Assembly (NCBI GenBank): GCA_002070955.1
Contig: MWEK01000001.1
Location: forward strand, 80,103-144,102
From: Planctomycetes bacterium ADurb.Bin069
Lineage (GTDB): Bacteria > Planctomycetota > UBA8108 > UBA8890 > UBA8898
Direction of reading: 5' to 3'
DNA length: 64,000 bases
Shown here: in pieces, positions 26,914 through 35,897 of the stretch
How positions within the stretch are numbered: position 1 is the first letter of the stretch
Layout: every line of letters starts with the position of its first letter
Position numbers and translations under genes: made by a program
Notes under the pieces: generated by a model
The model's input: only the letters and a program-made list of their open reading frames with translations
What the model was told of the DNA's origin: nothing
The model's database searches: none

Positions 26914-27633
26914 TCAGGCCCGCGGCCGCTTCGTCTCCCAAGCCTGCACGAGCACCGCGGCGGCGGCGGCGATCGCGGTCTCCGTTCTCAAGGTGTAGGC
27001 GCCCAGGCCCGCCGGACGGCATCCGGCCGCAAGCATGGCGGCGTGTTCTTCTTCCGTGAACCCGCCTTCAGGACCGACAATGACCTCGTACGGGGGGGCC
27101 GCCGCCGCGGCGCTCGCGCCGAGGGGATCGCCGGCACCGGTATCGGCGACGAAACGCGTCCCCCCCGGCGCATCGGTGACGAACTCCTCCAGAAGGCGGC
27201 AGGGTACGATTTCCAGCCGGCGCGCGCGTCCGCTCTGTTTGCCGGCCTCCGCGGCGATGCGCTCCCAACGTTCCGTCCTGGGCTCAAGTCCCTTGACGGT
27301 GCGCGCGGTGATCAGCGGCACGAAACGCGCGACGCCGATCTCGACCAGTCCGCGAATCGCATCGTCCAGCCCCTTCTTGACGAGCGCCGCGGCCACCGTG
27401 ATCGGCGCCGGCGCGGGCGCCTCTTCGAACCCCTCGGCCAAGGCCACCTCGACGCGCCCCGCGGCGACGGCGGCGATGACGCCCCGGCGGCGACGTCCTT
27501 CCCCGTCGATGATTTCCACGAGGGCGCCTTCCCTCAAGCGGAGCACATCTCTTACGTGATGCGCCTCGCGGGCCGGAAGCGTAATCCGCGCTCCCCAAGC
27601 CGACCCCGGAACGTGGACACGCACGCGCCTCAC
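26914..27633 (-). CDS. rsmE: 16S rRNA (uracil1498-N3)-methyltransferase RsmE
   Basis: MRRVRVHVP...AHHVRDVLRLREG...VIVGPEGGFTEEE. The GTG start overlaps the upstream stop (GTGA). Confidence 0.85.
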   Translation of the reverse strand: MRRVRVHVPGSAWGARITLPAREAHHVRDVLRLREGALVEIIDGEGRRRRGVIAAVAAGRVEVALAEGFEEAPAPAPITVAAALVKKGLDDAIRGLVEIGVARFVPLITARTVKGLEPRTERWERIAAEAGKQSGRARRLEIVPCRLLEEFVTDAPGGTRFVADTGAGDPLGASAAAAAPPYEVIVGPEGGFTEEEHAAMLAAGCRPAGLGAYTLRTETAIAAAAAVLVQAWETKRPRA

Positions 27634-30455
27634 GGCGTCTCTCCGTCCGGCAGCGCCCGCCGCCGTTCCTCCACCGCGCGCCGCTCGGCCGAATCCTCCG
27701 CGTTCGCGAGGTACGCGTCGTACGCGGCGCGGGCCTTGCCCGCGTCGCCCGCCGCCTCCCAGAGCTCGCCGCGGCGCCGGTTGATCTCGTTCGGCACGCT
27801 GCCCGCCTCGGCGGCGCGATCGTAGTGCGCCGCGGCTTCCTCGCCGGCGCCGTTCCGTTCCAACAGTGCGCCCATGGCAAGGTTCGCCTCGATCCGCGTG
27901 GCGCCGTCGGCGGCGGCGGCGGCCAGGCGCTGGTATGCCACAAGGGCCTCTTGCAGGTTGTCGAGGCTGCCCGCGTACAGATCACCGAGGTCCTTAAGGA
28001 AACGGGGGTCGTCCGGCGCCGCGGCCAGCGCGTTCCGCAGAACCGGCAGGGCCTCGACCGGCCGGCCGGCGCGCTCGAGGCTCCGCGCCAGGTACCTGAG
28101 CGCTCGGAGCGCCACCTCCTTCCGTCCCGCGGCCTCGGCGGCAATGTACGCATCCTTGAACGCGTCGATCGCGAACTCCCAGGCCCCCGCCTCGAGGTTC
28201 TCGCGTCCGACAGTCATGAGCGTGTCGGCATCGGGGGCGGTCCGGCGCCGTCCGGGCGCCTGGACCTCCAGGGCTTCCTGAAGCGCGATCTGTTTGGCGT
28301 ACGCGACGAGCACCGGCAGCGCCCCGTGGCGCGCCTCGAGCGCGGCCAGGCGCGGCTTCACGTCGCGCCAGCGCCCCTCCTTGAGCTCCAAATCCATGAG
28401 ACTGATCTCGGCGGGAAGCAGGTCGGGCTGCTCTCTCAGGAGCTGCCTAAGGAGGATGATGGCGTCGGCGCGCTTTCCCAACCGGTCGAAGATCTCCGCT
28501 CGGGCGTACTCGATCGCCAGACGCTCCTGCCCCTCGGCGTGGGGTCTGATCTCGTCGTAGATGTCCAGGGCCGCGCTCCATCGGCCCACCTTGCGGAGAA
28601 TCTCCGCCAACTGGGCCTTGTACGCGAAGGCCTCGCGCCCATCCCCCGCGTCCTGCGCCGCCCGGAGGATCTGCCGCGTTCCCAGCGTGGTCTTCCCCCC
28701 CGCGAGGGCGATCATCCCCAGCCAGAAGCGCGCTTCCCGCGCCGCCGGTCCCGAGCTCTCCGTCAGCGCGAGCACCTGCCGGTACGCGGCATCGGCCCGA
28801 TCGTACTCCTCCAGCCTGAAACACAGCGCTCCCAGGGACCGGTAGGCGCCGGCCGCGCCGGGGCCTTCGGCGAAAGGGCGGCCGTCGGCATCGATGCTCT
28901 CCAGGAGATACTCCCAGTCCGCGGCGGCTCGCGCGTAGCGCCTGCGCGCGCTATCCCTGAGGTCGCCGCGGCGAGGATCGCCGGGCGCAAGCTCGGCCAG
29001 CTCGGCCTTGAGCGCATCCCCGTAAGCCGCGTCGGCCTGGGCGCGGAACGCCCGGGCCTGGAGCGCGTTCCCGCGTTCGAGCGGGCTGGGGGACGGCAGC
29101 GTTGCGAGAATCTCGATGGCGCGATCGAGCTGCGTCGCCGCTTCCCGCCACCGGCGCGCGCCGGACAGGGCGAACCCGAGGCCGATGCGGGCCCGCGCGC
29201 ACTCCGGATTGACCGCGACGGCGCTCTCCCACAGGGACATGGAGGATCTCCAATCATCGGTCCTCACGTGCGCGCGCGCGGCAAACGCCACGAGCAGGAC
29301 AGCGGCGGCGACTTTCCCCGTCACGAGGGGGCGCAGGGCGTTGCACGCCATCGCCCCGGCCAGCAGGAGCCCCGCGAGCGGAAGGTACATGTACCGCTCG
29401 GCAAAGCGCTCGGGGTGCGGCACGATCTGCATGACCGGCGCCAGCGTCACGAAAAAGAGACACACGCCGAAGGCCCAGCACGATCGCCGCCGGAAAAACG
29501 CCCAGGCCGCCGCCGCCGCGCCTGCGGCCGCGGCGATTGCGGCCGGCAGCGTGGTCCACGGATCGAGCAGGCCGGCGGAGGGCCGGATGGCGGCGTAGGA
29601 CCAGTCCGCCGAGAGCTTCACCGGCGCGAGGGCCAAATAGACGTACCGGAAGATCGCCCGCGCCTCGGTGAGGAGCGCCGCGCAGGGCGTGCCGCCCCAG
29701 TACGGCGCGCCGCCCCCGGGATTTTTCACCCCCAGTTTGAAGGCGATGTACGCGGCGCCCGCCGCGCCGAGGAGGGCGTAGCACGCCGCCGCGCGGCGAT
29801 CGAGGCGCCTGCGCAGGAACATGTCGCTCAGCGCCATCGCCGCGGGCAGCGTCGCCGCCATCTCCTTGGTCAACAGGCCGAGCACGTAGAGGACCGCCGC
29901 AGCCCCGATCCGCCACCATTCGCGGGCCCCGCCCAGGTACAGCGCGAGGGCGCCGAGGTAACACGCCGCGAACAGCACGTCGCGGCGCCCCGACACGTAC
30001 GCCACCGACTCGGTCGCAAGGGGATGGACGACCCACGTCAGGGCGAGGAAGAGCGGCAGCCCGCCCGTGCCGGGGAGGAGGCGCGCGAACACCAAGAGCA
30101 GCAAGACTCCGTTCAGCCCATGCAGGAGCACGTTGTGGGCGTGGAACACCGTCGTGCGCAGTTCCTCCTCGTTCGGCCAGAGCCATCGGGTCAGGTTCCA
30201 ATCGATGGCGTACGAGAGGAACCGCAACGGGCGATAGTTGATGCGAACGCTCTCCCGCTCCCAGCGGTCCGAGAAGATGTTGAACGCCGCCGCGTTGTCG
30301 GCGAAGGAGCCCGCCCAAGGATTCTCTTTGATGAGCTTCGCATCATCGAAGACGAACTCCGGGCGCGCGCCGTCCTTGACGGCGAACATGCCCGCGTACA
30401 CGAGCAGCGCCGCCGCCGGGATGCTGAGGATCGCGAGATACCCGGGAGTTCTCAC
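27630..30455 (-). CDS. TMTC-like GT-C-fold membrane glycosyltransferase (DUF1736-type) fused to a long TPR domain
   Basis: GTG at 30455 follows AAGGAGG and overlaps the methyltransferase stop. N-terminal multi-TM region with FVFDDAKLIKENPW, YRPLRFLSYAID, FHAHNVLLHGLN, HPLATESVAYVSGRRD, LLTKE. The C-terminal ~500 aa are TPR repeats. The track ORF 27630..31379 over-extends in frame across two other genes. Confidence 0.75.
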   Translation of the reverse strand: MRTPGYLAILSIPAAALLVYAGMFAVKDGARPEFVFDDAKLIKENPWAGSFADNAAAFNIFSDRWERESVRINYRPLRFLSYAIDWNLTRWLWPNEEELRTTVFHAHNVLLHGLNGVLLLLVFARLLPGTGGLPLFLALTWVVHPLATESVAYVSGRRDVLFAACYLGALALYLGGAREWWRIGAAAVLYVLGLLTKEMAATLPAAMALSDMFLRRRLDRRAAACYALLGAAGAAYIAFKLGVKNPGGGAPYWGGTPCAALLTEARAIFRYVYLALAPVKLSADWSYAAIRPSAGLLDPWTTLPAAIAAAAGAAAAAWAFFRRRSCWAFGVCLFFVTLAPVMQIVPHPERFAERYMYLPLAGLLLAGAMACNALRPLVTGKVAAAVLLVAFAARAHVRTDDWRSSMSLWESAVAVNPECARARIGLGFALSGARRWREAATQLDRAIEILATLPSPSPLERGNALQARAFRAQADAAYGDALKAELAELAPGDPRRGDLRDSARRRYARAAADWEYLLESIDADGRPFAEGPGAAGAYRSLGALCFRLEEYDRADAAYRQVLALTESSGPAAREARFWLGMIALAGGKTTLGTRQILRAAQDAGDGREAFAYKAQLAEILRKVGRWSAALDIYDEIRPHAEGQERLAIEYARAEIFDRLGKRADAIILLRQLLREQPDLLPAEISLMDLELKEGRWRDVKPRLAALEARHGALPVLVAYAKQIALQEALEVQAPGRRRTAPDADTLMTVGRENLEAGAWEFAIDAFKDAYIAAEAAGRKEVALRALRYLARSLERAGRPVEALPVLRNALAAAPDDPRFLKDLGDLYAGSLDNLQEALVAYQRLAAAAADGATRIEANLAMGALLERNGAGEEAAAHYDRAAEAGSVPNEINRRRGELWEAAGDAGKARAAYDAYLANAEDSAERRAVEERRRALPDGETP

Positions 30456-31027
30456 CGCTCCTCCTTGAGGACCAGGAAAAGGAAGCTCAGCCCGAACAGC
30501 CGCGGCGCGAGCCGCGCCAGCGCCGAGCCGGCGGCGTCGGCCGCGCGGCACCAGGGGGGGATGATTCCGACCGCGCGCTCGGCGCGCACCGCCGCTCCGG
30601 CCGCAGCGAACAGCCGCCGCGCCGAACGCAGTCCGAAGTGCCGGAGATGGGGATCCTCCGCGCCGCCAAGGGGCTCGGCGCCGAGGAGCAACGCGAGGCG
30701 CCGCAGGAGGTGCCACTCGTTCGGCAGCGACACCACGATCTCGCCTCCCGGCCGCGCCCGCCGCATGAGCGCGGCGAGGGCCGTGATCGGGTCGGCAAGG
30801 TGCTCGAGCACTTCCAGGGCGATGACGACATCGAACGGCCCCGGCGGCAGCGCGTCGCTCGCCAGGTCGCCCTCGATGACCGTGATCCCGCGGGCGCGCG
30901 CCTCCCGCGCCGCTGATGGCGCGGGCTCGACGCCCGTCACGGCGAAGCCCCGCGCCGCGAAGAACTCGGCCGCGAAGCCGGGGCCGCAGCCCGCGTCGAG
31001 AAGCGCGCCGTTCCGGATCGTCAGCAT
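30452..31027 (-). CDS. class I SAM-dependent methyltransferase (true start possibly upstream, see findings)
   Basis: LLDAGCGPGFAAEFF (motif I), VIALEVLEHL, RPGGEIVV. Confidence 0.8.
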   Translation of the reverse strand: MLTIRNGALLDAGCGPGFAAEFFAARGFAVTGVEPAPSAAREARARGITVIEGDLASDALPPGPFDVVIALEVLEHLADPITALAALMRRARPGGEIVVSLPNEWHLLRRLALLLGAEPLGGAEDPHLRHFGLRSARRLFAAAGAAVRAERAVGIIPPWCRAADAAGSALARLAPRLFGLSFLFLVLKEER

Positions 31028-31119
31028 TCCATGGGCGGCGCGGGCCCGCTGCAGGCTTCGCCGGCGCAGGCGTTCCCGAAGGGCGCCTTGGCGGGACTGC
31101 CAGTACCGTTCGTACGCGG

Positions 31120-32241
31120 TTACGGCGTCGATGGCGGACCTCCTCGGACGCTTTCCCAGGCCGCGAGCGTGCGTCGAAACGACGCGGCGGTCTCCCGCGC
31201 CGCCCGCACCTCGGCGCCCCGCGCGCCCGCGCGCCCGGCCAAGGCCGCCCGCAGCTCCGGCGCATCATACAGCTCCGCGATGGACTGCGCCAACGCGCGT
31301 CCGCCCACGGGCGGCGCCAGCAGCAACCCCTCGCGGCCCGAGCGCACCAATTCCCCGACTCCCCCCACCGCGGACGCAATCACCGGAAGCCCGCGGCAGA
31401 GCGCCTCCTGGACCACCAGCGGAGTTCCTTCGGATCTGCTGGGCAGGACGAGCACGTGGCTCGCATCCATCAGGGCCGCCACGCCGGCGGCGTCGAGATT
31501 CACGCGGACCTCGAAGCCGGCGCGCGCAAGCGCCGGCCCGAGCGGTCCGGCGCCGGCGCACACCCACCGCGCAAGCCGGCCGGACCCGAGCAGCCTCCGC
31601 GCGGCGATAAGCTCGCGCACGCCCTTGGCGGGGATGAAGTCGCCGCAGAACAGGATCGTGAACGGGCCGTCGGGACGCGGCGCCGGCGGCATGTTCTTGA
31701 ATACGGAAGCGACTCCCACCGGGAGATGCGCCACCGCGGCGGCACCGAGGGCCGCCGCCTTCCGACACAGGCTTCCCGACGCCGCGAACACCCCCGAGGC
31801 CCCCCGCACGACGGCCCGCGCCGCCCCGCGCAGAAAGCCGCCTCGGGCGGCGTACACTTCCAGGTCTGATCCGTGCGCCCAGGCGTACAGCGGAATCCCC
31901 AGCCTTCGCGCCGCCCAGAGCGCCGCCGGGCCCGAGGGCAGCACCCAGTGGACCAGCAGCGCGTCGGCCGGCCGGGCGCGTCCCTCGCGCACACACGCTC
32001 CGGCGGCCGACATGACATACAGCAGTTGCAGCACGCGCGACGGCGCGGCGGCCTTCAGGCGCACCACCGGCGCGGGAAAACCGACGGCCCCCTCGACTCC
32101 GCCGCGGGCGCCGGGCGCCACGACCCGGACGTCGAAGCCCTCCGCGCGCATCCCCTGCGTCAGAACGCGGATGAACCCGCCCGCACGGGGGAAACGCCGG
32201 CTAGGCCATGCGGCCGTCAGTGTCAAAAGCCTGCGGTGCAT
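31120..32241 (-). CDS. glycosyltransferase family 4 (GT-B fold)
   Basis: LPSRSEGTPLVVQEALCRGLPVIASAVGGVGELV (E-x7-E region). N-terminal GGFIRVLTQGMRAEGFDVRVVAP. Confidence 0.85.
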   Translation of the reverse strand: MHRRLLTLTAAWPSRRFPRAGGFIRVLTQGMRAEGFDVRVVAPGARGGVEGAVGFPAPVVRLKAAAPSRVLQLLYVMSAAGACVREGRARPADALLVHWVLPSGPAALWAARRLGIPLYAWAHGSDLEVYAARGGFLRGAARAVVRGASGVFAASGSLCRKAAALGAAAVAHLPVGVASVFKNMPPAPRPDGPFTILFCGDFIPAKGVRELIAARRLLGSGRLARWVCAGAGPLGPALARAGFEVRVNLDAAGVAALMDASHVLVLPSRSEGTPLVVQEALCRGLPVIASAVGGVGELVRSGREGLLLAPPVGGRALAQSIAELYDAPELRAALAGRAGARGAEVRAARETAASFRRTLAAWESVRGGPPSTP

Positions 32242-33007
32242 GCTGCTCCGGGCCGCCCTCGGCCGTACGCGGAGGAATCACGACCCCCAGGTGATCGCGG
32301 AGCACGTCAAGGAGCTCCCAGAAGTTGCCGACGATCCAGTCCGGAGCGTACCCGGCGCCCTTGCCGACCGAGGTGCTGCCGCGGATGACATGGACCGTCA
32401 GCATTCCAATGCGTTTGGCCGGCTCGATGTCCATGGCCGCGTTGTCGCCGACATACATGGATTCCGCCGGCTTGAGATTCAGATCCGAGCACGCGCGCTG
32501 ATACATCTTAATGTTCGGTTTGTTGATCCCGAGCTGATCGGAAATGAAGATGGCTCCGGGCGAAAGCAGCGGCGCGATTCTCAGGCGCACCAGCTTTTCG
32601 GCTTGCTTGTTGGCGAGGCCGGCGGTGATCACGCCGCGGATCAGTTCGGTCCGCGCCAGATCCCGCAGCACTTCGTAGGCATCTTCGTAGGGGCACAGAT
32701 ACCGGAACTTCGTGTCGTGGTACGCCGCCACGCCGGCGGCGACGATGATGGCGGGATTCACGCCGCGGTACAGGCGCCGGGGTAGCCGCTGGAGCAGTTG
32801 ATCGAAGTGGCGTTCGTAGTTGGAGGAGAACTCCTCGACGACCTCGATCAGTTCCGCAAGCAGCGCGGAAGGATCGGCGCGCAGCCCCGCCTTGACCATG
32901 GCCTCGACGCTGTTGCGCCGGGCCCGCAGGGCGAACTCGCTGGTCGAGTAAAGCGTATCATCCAGATCGAAGAAGATCGCGCGCAGCGCGGACACGGCCA
33001 TCTCCAC
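32201..33007 (-). CDS. HAD-superfamily (subfamily IA-like) hydrolase
   Basis: AIFFDLDDTLY (DxDxT), GVITAG, NKPN, YVGDNAAMDI. The 3' end overlaps the GT4 start by ~40 nt. Confidence 0.8.
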   Translation of the reverse strand: MEMAVSALRAIFFDLDDTLYSTSEFALRARRNSVEAMVKAGLRADPSALLAELIEVVEEFSSNYERHFDQLLQRLPRRLYRGVNPAIIVAAGVAAYHDTKFRYLCPYEDAYEVLRDLARTELIRGVITAGLANKQAEKLVRLRIAPLLSPGAIFISDQLGINKPNIKMYQRACSDLNLKPAESMYVGDNAAMDIEPAKRIGMLTVHVIRGSTSVGKGAGYAPDWIVGNFWELLDVLRDHLGVVIPPRTAEGGPEQHAPQAFDTDGRMA

Positions 33008-33103
33008 ATGGGCGGGCGCCGGCGGCGGCGCCCGCGCCGAAAGAAAATCATCCGGGAGGGCACCGGCGCCCCCCCGGATGATATCGGCGCCGAGCGCGAC
33101 GCG

Positions 33104-35770
33104 CTACTGACCGAAGCGCTCGATCTCCTCATGCCGGAGATCGACCAACTTCGCGGTGAGCAGGATGATCAGGCTGCGCCGCTCGCGCAGCTCGGCCTTG
33201 CGGCTCACGAGCAGGTTCAGCAGCGGGATGTCCCCGATAATCGGGATCGAGGATTGGTACATGCGCTCCTCCAGGCTCCGGAAGCCGCCCAGGAGCACCG
33301 TGCCGCCGTCCGGGACGGTGACCGACGTCCACGTGCGCTGGATGGACATTTTCGGCAGCCCGATCGGGACCTGCATGGCGGCGGCCATGACCGTGCCGAG
33401 GTTAATGAGCACGGTGGAAATCACGCCGCCTATCAGGGTCGCGAGCGTCGGCTGGACGTCGATGGTGATGTACTTGCGGTCCGCGCTCACGCTCGGGCGC
33501 ACATCCAGCACCACGCCTTCCTCGTTCACGTGCACCACCGGGTCCGCCACTTCCGTAAGGGTGTACGTCGTGCCGCCGGACACCAGCTCGTAATCGGCGA
33601 TATACGATCGCTGTGTGATCACCGACACGTACACGCGCTGGCCGTTGTGCGCCGTGACCTCGGGCGCGATCACCGACTTGACCCCGCTCTCCTCTTGAAC
33701 CGCGCGCACGATGGCGTTGATCTGGTACGGATCCACCATGGTCAACTGCAAGCTCAAGCCGCTCAGTCCGCCGGGACCGCCGAAAATACGGTCGCCGCGA
33801 ATCAGGCTCGCGTAGCCGTCCAGGGTGTTCTGCAGGCGCCCGACCAACTCGGGGGGCTTGCCGTCCGCCTTTCTTCTCGCGATCGCTTCGATACTGTCGG
33901 TGAATCCCGGATCCTGCCCGCCCGTTCGGCTGTCGTGGATCCGGCCGTGGTACATGTTGAACCCGGTCGAGCTGCGCTGGCTGAGGTTGCGGTAGTCGAT
34001 GCCGATATCCTCCAGAAAATCGCTGGTGATATCCACGAAGCGCGCCTTGACCACCACGAAGAGATCGGAGTCCTGCCGCAGTTCCTCCAGCACGCGGGCC
34101 ACCCTCGCGTGCACCTCGGGGCTGGCTTCAACGAGGAGCTGCCCGCGGTGGATCTCGATGCGGTTGATCTCCCCGTCCCAGACGGAATCGCCGCCCGTGC
34201 TCTCTTGGACCAGCTTCTGAAGCTGCTCGGGCTCGAGCGTTTTGGATTCCTCGCCCTCGCTGAACTGGAAGCCCGTGCCGCCGGGCCCGCCGCCGGACTC
34301 GGATTCCTCGTCGGGAGATCTGATCTCGAGGCGCGGGCCGGGGAAATCCCTGATCTTGCTCAGGATGTCCGTCACCGTGTAGATCTTGAGGATGGCCAGG
34401 CCTCGCGCCCTCTCAGGCACCGTGATCGTCAGGACGTTGTTCCTGAAGGTGTAGGCCAGCCCCGTATTGAGCATCATCAGATCAAGCGCATCCTCGAGCT
34501 TCATCTGCGTGAGGTTGAGCTTGACCTTGGTCTCCTCGGGATCCACGTTCTTGTCGATGTGAATGTTGATCCCGGTGATCTTCTTAATGTAATCGATGGC
34601 ATCGGCGAGGGGCTTGTTGTCGAAGTCGATGGTGATCCGCGCGGTCGCCAGGCGCCGTTTGATCTCCCTGACCTCCTCGGACTCCTCGATGACGCCGATT
34701 TGCACGTCGGCCTCGCGCGCCCTGATAATGTCCCAGCGCTCCTCGCCGGGAAACTCGAAAACGCTCGAGGGGGGTTTGGCCGCATCCGCGAGCCCTTCCC
34801 AGGTCAGCTTCGCGTGCTCCTTGAGCGCCGCGTCGTGCTCCTGCTCCCAAAGGGTCCTGTCCTTCTTTCTGGAGTTCTTGAGAAGGGCCCGCGCCTGGAT
34901 CTGGCGCGGATTCTCCTTCAGGACCACTTCGCAGATCTGCATGCACTGCGTGTAATCCTGGCGGTGATAAGCTTCGCTCGCGGCCTCGACCAGCACCCTG
35001 ATACGCTCCCTCTTCTGTTGGTCGCGGAAGGCCGCATCCTTCGCGATCGCCGCCCGGATCGCCTCCTCTTGCTGTTCACGGGTTTCGCCCGCGCGCCGCC
35101 GCAGCAGATCGTTCGTCTCGCGCAGGAGCTCCTCCAGGCGCCTCTGGCGCCCTTGCGTCTCGGCCGAGGCCTCGAACAAAGCCAGGCGGGCTTTCCCCTG
35201 CTGGAGCATCAACTGGGCTTCCTGGAGCTGGTGCTCCCCCATGGCCTTCGCGGCATCCTCGATGAGGCGGTCGATTTCGTTCAGGCGCGCCTCGCGCTCG
35301 ACCTTCAATTCGGCGGTCCAGTCCTGCATGAAACTCCCGACGGACGCTTCGCGCTGGCCGAGCATCGTCTCGCACCGGCGCAGCTTGCTGAACGCTTCGT
35401 CGTTCTCGGGGTCGGCTTTGCGCGCCTGCTCGTAGAACTCCATTGCGGCCTTGTAATCCAACTCATCGTACTTTTTATCGCCGCGGAGGACGTACTGCGC
35501 CGCCAGTTGGCGGCTGATGCTCTTCTTCTCTTGGATCGCTTGGAGGATCTCGGCTTCGCCCTCCGCGGACCTTTCGGGCACGGCCGGCGCGGGCATGGGG
35601 GCTGCGGCGGGCGTCTCGGTCTCCCGGCGGCCCGGCTTCTCGTCGGTCTGCGCCGCCGCCGAACCCTCCTTCGAGATGTTGGTCCGCGCCGGGGGCGTCT
35701 TCTGCGGCTGCAGGCAGCCGGCGCCCGCGACGAGGGCTCCGATCGTAAGTACGGCAGTGAACCTTCTCAT
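33104..35770 (-). CDS. secretin-family outer-membrane channel (paralogue 2) with long N-terminal TPR/coiled-coil region
   Basis: ATG at 35770 follows AAGGAG. Signal peptide MRRFTAVLTIGALVAGAGC. N-domain RITIDFDNKPLADAIDYIKK. C-terminal secretin signature VPDGGTVLLGGF...IPIIGDIPLLNLLVSRK. Confidence 0.85.
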   Translation of the reverse strand: MRRFTAVLTIGALVAGAGCLQPQKTPPARTNISKEGSAAAQTDEKPGRRETETPAAAPMPAPAVPERSAEGEAEILQAIQEKKSISRQLAAQYVLRGDKKYDELDYKAAMEFYEQARKADPENDEAFSKLRRCETMLGQREASVGSFMQDWTAELKVEREARLNEIDRLIEDAAKAMGEHQLQEAQLMLQQGKARLALFEASAETQGRQRRLEELLRETNDLLRRRAGETREQQEEAIRAAIAKDAAFRDQQKRERIRVLVEAASEAYHRQDYTQCMQICEVVLKENPRQIQARALLKNSRKKDRTLWEQEHDAALKEHAKLTWEGLADAAKPPSSVFEFPGEERWDIIRAREADVQIGVIEESEEVREIKRRLATARITIDFDNKPLADAIDYIKKITGINIHIDKNVDPEETKVKLNLTQMKLEDALDLMMLNTGLAYTFRNNVLTITVPERARGLAILKIYTVTDILSKIRDFPGPRLEIRSPDEESESGGGPGGTGFQFSEGEESKTLEPEQLQKLVQESTGGDSVWDGEINRIEIHRGQLLVEASPEVHARVARVLEELRQDSDLFVVVKARFVDITSDFLEDIGIDYRNLSQRSSTGFNMYHGRIHDSRTGGQDPGFTDSIEAIARRKADGKPPELVGRLQNTLDGYASLIRGDRIFGGPGGLSGLSLQLTMVDPYQINAIVRAVQEESGVKSVIAPEVTAHNGQRVYVSVITQRSYIADYELVSGGTTYTLTEVADPVVHVNEEGVVLDVRPSVSADRKYITIDVQPTLATLIGGVISTVLINLGTVMAAAMQVPIGLPKMSIQRTWTSVTVPDGGTVLLGGFRSLEERMYQSSIPIIGDIPLLNLLVSRKAELRERRSLIILLTAKLVDLRHEEIERFGQ

Positions 35771-35897
35771 GCCCGTCTCCTTTGGATTGCTTCGTCCGTT
35801 CATATGCTTCTCGCAACGGTTCGCGCGCCGCGCGGGTGTTCGCCTTCGCGCGCCGCGACGCCGCCTCGTTCCTCCCCGCCTCCTCCTTATGCCCCGC

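Noticed and set aside
27630-31379. 1249-aa minus-strand ORF in the track, suggesting one giant protein
   Set aside because: Only the C-terminal 941 aa (from GTG 30455, preceded by AAGGAGG) look like a real protein. The N-terminal ~308 aa are Arg/Pro/Gly-rich and run out of frame across two well-supported genes, the SAM methyltransferase (30452-31027) and GT4 (31120-32241). This is an in-frame read-through artefact of high-GC DNA.
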